DNA of 47,154 bases, taken from assembly GCA_018398765.1 (NCBI GenBank), contig JAHBMJ010000441.1:1-47154 (forward strand). The letters are read 5' to 3'. The notes under the pieces are model-generated. The model was not told the DNA's origin. It worked only from the letters and a program-made list of their open reading frames with translations, and ran no database searches. Positions 44,143 through 47,154 of this stretch are shown here, piece after piece. The stretch is from Chromera velia. Its lineage: Eukaryota. Position 1 is the first letter of the stretch. Every line of letters begins with the position of its first letter. Position numbers and translations under genes: made by a program.

Positions 44143-45360
44143 CAAAAGGTAAAGAAATGAAAGAAGCCCTTGTTAGCATGCTTTGTAGACTTTAGCAAAG
44201 CCTTTGACTCCCTGCCTAGGGATGTTTTGTTTGAAGTTTTGCTGAAGCAAGGGGTGAGTGCAGTCGATGTCAAAATGATTTGAGCAATGTATATAAATGT
44301 GTATGGAAGCATCACTGGCAGCCTTTTTATATTTAAGGAAGAGAAAGGGGTGAAACAAAGGGATCCTCTCTCCCCTCTTCTCTTCTTGATTTTCATCAAT
44401 GATCTGCATGAAAGAGTGAAGGCTTCCGGTCGTACAGAGGTTCTGCTTGGTGGGGTTGAGTGCGATAGCCTTGGTTACGCCGATGACCTTGTCCTCGTTG
44501 CTGAGAGTGTGCATGACCTGCAGGTCAGTTTGAATGAATTGAATTCTTTTTGTAAAGAGAGGGGGCTCACTGTTAATTTAAAAAAGATGAAAATCATGCG
44601 TCTGTCTGACTTTTACCCTACAATTGAAGGCAGGCTTATGTTTGGGGGAAAAGAAGTCGAGAGAGTGGGGTCATATAAGTATCTGGGTGTTCTTTTGTTC
44701 GAAGGGGGAGACTTAAAGGAGGTAATAGAAGAGAGGCTTAGCATAGCGAGTAGACGGATGGGTCATGCAAAGAGCGTGGCACTCTCTTTAGGTCGCCTGC
44801 CCCCCGCAGCAAAAATTTTATGTTTATGCGCTTTCTGGTTGCCTGTTGCTCTATACGCGTTTGGCTGTCTGCCTGTTCGCAAGTCAGACATGGATGTATT
44901 AGATGTCTTTCAATTGCGCTTTGTCCGTTGGGCTTTGAATTTGTCTCTCTCCTCTTTCTGTGTACCTACTCTATGTGCTGTCGGTCTACTTCCTGCACGT
45001 GTGCACGTGTCGATGAGACTTGCTGGGTATTTGACTAACTTAAAACATATTGACCTCAAGATGCCCGCGGGTGCCTGGTCGGCTTTAATGAATGGTAATT
45101 CTCCTTTCTCTATGATGCACACACAAAAATTGATTCGGTCCACCGGATTAGAAGAATTTGTGACTGTCAATCCAACCATCAGAAGAAGAAAGAAAGCCAC
45201 TAAGGTTGGCCGTCTCCTTCTCTTAAGAGCAGTAATTAACCGGGAAGTTGATGAATAGATTGATGGTTGTCTAAAAAAGGCTGCTTCACGGGGGGCGGTT
45301 TTGCAGTTTGGCAGAGACGTCAGACCAAATGTGTTCCAAACGTCTTATATGACATAATGA
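44143..45360 (+). mobile_element. Degenerate, 5'-truncated non-LTR retrotransposon (LINE-type) reverse transcriptase fragment
   Basis: One frame reads ACFVDFSKAFDSLPR..GVKQRDPLSPLLFLIFINDL..LGYADDLVL..GLTVNLKKMKIM..YKYLGV, the standard non-LTR RT motifs. In-frame stops at 44158, 44281 and 45256; QG motif mutated to QR; no endonuclease domain or ORF1 upstream. Confidence 0.93.
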
Positions 45361-46373
45361 GACCTACCGGACTTTAACATCATTTTGGACTTTGAAATAT
45401 AGGAATAACATAGGGTGTTCTATTGTATTTAATCGTTGTTTATAAGCTTTGAAATTTAATAAACATTCTTTAAAACGTGATTCTTTTAAAATAAAAGATA
45501 AAACAAAGAATTAAAGTTAGTTGTATCAATGTTAGATCATAGCTATATTTTAGTAACCATAATAGTAGCTGCATAATTGGCATATCTATGCATATGATGC
45601 AATAAATGCGATCGAAAAGTAGATACAACTCTGTTACATGAAAGTTTGAACAGACACCGGATGCGATTGTAATGAGTCTGAGATTATTTCAGTTAGAATG
45701 TCTCCCTAACCAGGTTTTTCCCCTCTGAGTTTTTACACATTCTTCCCATGGGAAGTCAGGGTACCACTCTTTCATTCTGTCAAGCAACGCAAAAGGCAAC
45801 TCATTGCCCCTCTCTGTCAAAGAAAAACCCCAGCAAATGATGTCATCCATGGGCCAAGAATCCTTCCACAGTTTTGATTTTCCTCTTCCGGATGCACATT
45901 TTGTAGCACTGAGCTTTCCAAAGATATCTGAGGTGCCACCGTACCATTGAAGCAGCAGCTATGAAGGATCCTTTCCCGTCTCCTGTGCCAAAAACTGTTC
46001 TACCTGCATGAATGCACACGAAAAGAAAAAGAAAATATGCATGAACGCACGTTTTCTGGAGTGCGGTCACCAGAAATTCTGTGTATCTGAATGTCACCCT
46101 GTCCTTCCTTCACCAACCTTTCCGATGTAGAATGGCGCAGTATCTCCCTCTTGTCTGTCTACCCCCGTCTTCTGTCTTTCTCTGTGAAACTCGGGAGTTC
46201 AAACCCTCCCCCTCTTCGCGAGTCTGCCAACAAAGTTGATGTCACTGTATGTTTGGAAGGTGATGGGAAGGTATAACTCCGTAACAGCTTGCATGTGTTG
46301 TGCAGACTAAGCCCGCAGATTGTATTATTAACAGTTACAGAGCCGCTCGCTCCGCTCGCAACTCCAAATTGCA

Positions 46374-46464
46374 TCCAACTGGCTTCTAACTGGCCAATAC
46401 ACGCCCGGAGAGGCGATAAGAAGAAGGCTTCCAACTGGCTTCCAACTGGCTTCCAACTGGCTTC
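46374..46464. repeat. 11-bp repeat CTTCCAACTGG: 3 tandem copies plus 2 degenerate copies upstream
   Basis: CTTCCAACTGG x3 at about 46428-46460; TCCAACTGGCTTCTAACTGG at 46374-46393. Confidence 0.8.
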
Positions 46465-46959
46465 TCATATGCGCGTTATAATATAGCTCTGTATTGGCAA
46501 TACAGATTTGCCGTGATTTTTTTTTTTTGTGTGACTGGTCACGCGCGCGGGCATTAAATTTTGAGTCACGCGGGATTTTCCACGCGGCACCCGCGGTGAC
46601 CCCTGGTGGTATATATCAGTAACTTACCGCCATTGTCGGCATGCAATTTCCATGCGATCCGTGCGAGCTATTTGCGTCCAATGCATTGCACACAAAAACC
46701 GACGTTGCTAATGCTTGAGGGGCACATCCAGAATCAATTTTGTACTCCGACCCGCTCTTTCTGGGGCCATTGCCTCAAACGCATGCATATGCAGCATGTA
46801 CGATTCAGACGAGTGAAAGCAATGAGTTGCATGATCTGTGTTCTACAGCTACCTTGGTTGTGCTTGCTGCGATCATTCCGCACTCATGCTTAACCTCAGT
46901 TTGAAAACTTGCACAAGACCCTGCAGGCAATCGCTGAAGCAACGTAAATAACGTTCAAA

Positions 46960-47154
46960 ATGTTCCCGCCACGTGACCTTGAATTGCGTCGAGTTCTGGC
47001 TACAAAAGAAAAGACCACAGGACTCAGCGACGAGGAGATTGAAAAGCTTCGGTTATTGAGAGCCAGTGAGAATTTTGTTAGAAGGTGTACACACAGAAGG
47101 AAGACCGGACAGGTGTTGGACAAGGAGGATCAACATGAACTTGACTTGCTGCTT
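46960..47154 (+). CDS. Possible 5' end of a hypothetical protein gene running off the window
   Basis: CAAAATG context; frame stays open for 65 codons to the window end (MFPPRDLELRRVLATKEKTTGLSDEEIEKLRLLRASE...). No recognisable motif. Confidence 0.35.
   Translation, partial: MFPPRDLELRRVLATKEKTTGLSDEEIEKLRLLRASENFVRRCTHRRKTGQVLDKEDQHELDLLL

Noticed and set aside
45700..46434. Short minus-strand ORFs with a possible acceptor near 46003
   Set aside because: No recognisable motif, frames interrupted, no consistent exon chain.

Overview
Eukaryotic, intron-rich, microsatellite-rich genomic DNA. Abundant TGCATGCA motifs and the sushi/LamG adhesin-type gene suggest an apicomplexan-related alveolate such as a chromerid (inference only). 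I assembled two divergent multi-exon genes by hand, with GT-AG boundaries and matching phases. (1) Minus strand, 31949 to 5347: about 44 exons, about 3900 aa, a secreted protein with signal peptide, several LamG/ConA-like modules, about 9 sushi/CCP modules, Cys-rich ShK-like and CxDGxxNGDETGxDCGGxC modules, and a long run of an unrecognised ~90-110 aa repeat with helical-hairpin inserts. (2) Plus strand, 34126 to 40554: about 10 exons, about 790 aa, a coiled-coil protein. Between the two start codons is a ~1 kb segment bounded by 25-bp inverted repeats that carries an intronless HNH-endonuclease-like ORF, the most unusual item here. On the right are a 16-copy ~152-bp tandem array with 7-mer higher-order structure and a hairpin/splice-donor-like core, an abutting degenerate 5'-truncated non-LTR retrotransposon RT, and a possible gene start running off the end. 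Positions 1-5300 are mostly low-complexity and could not be resolved.
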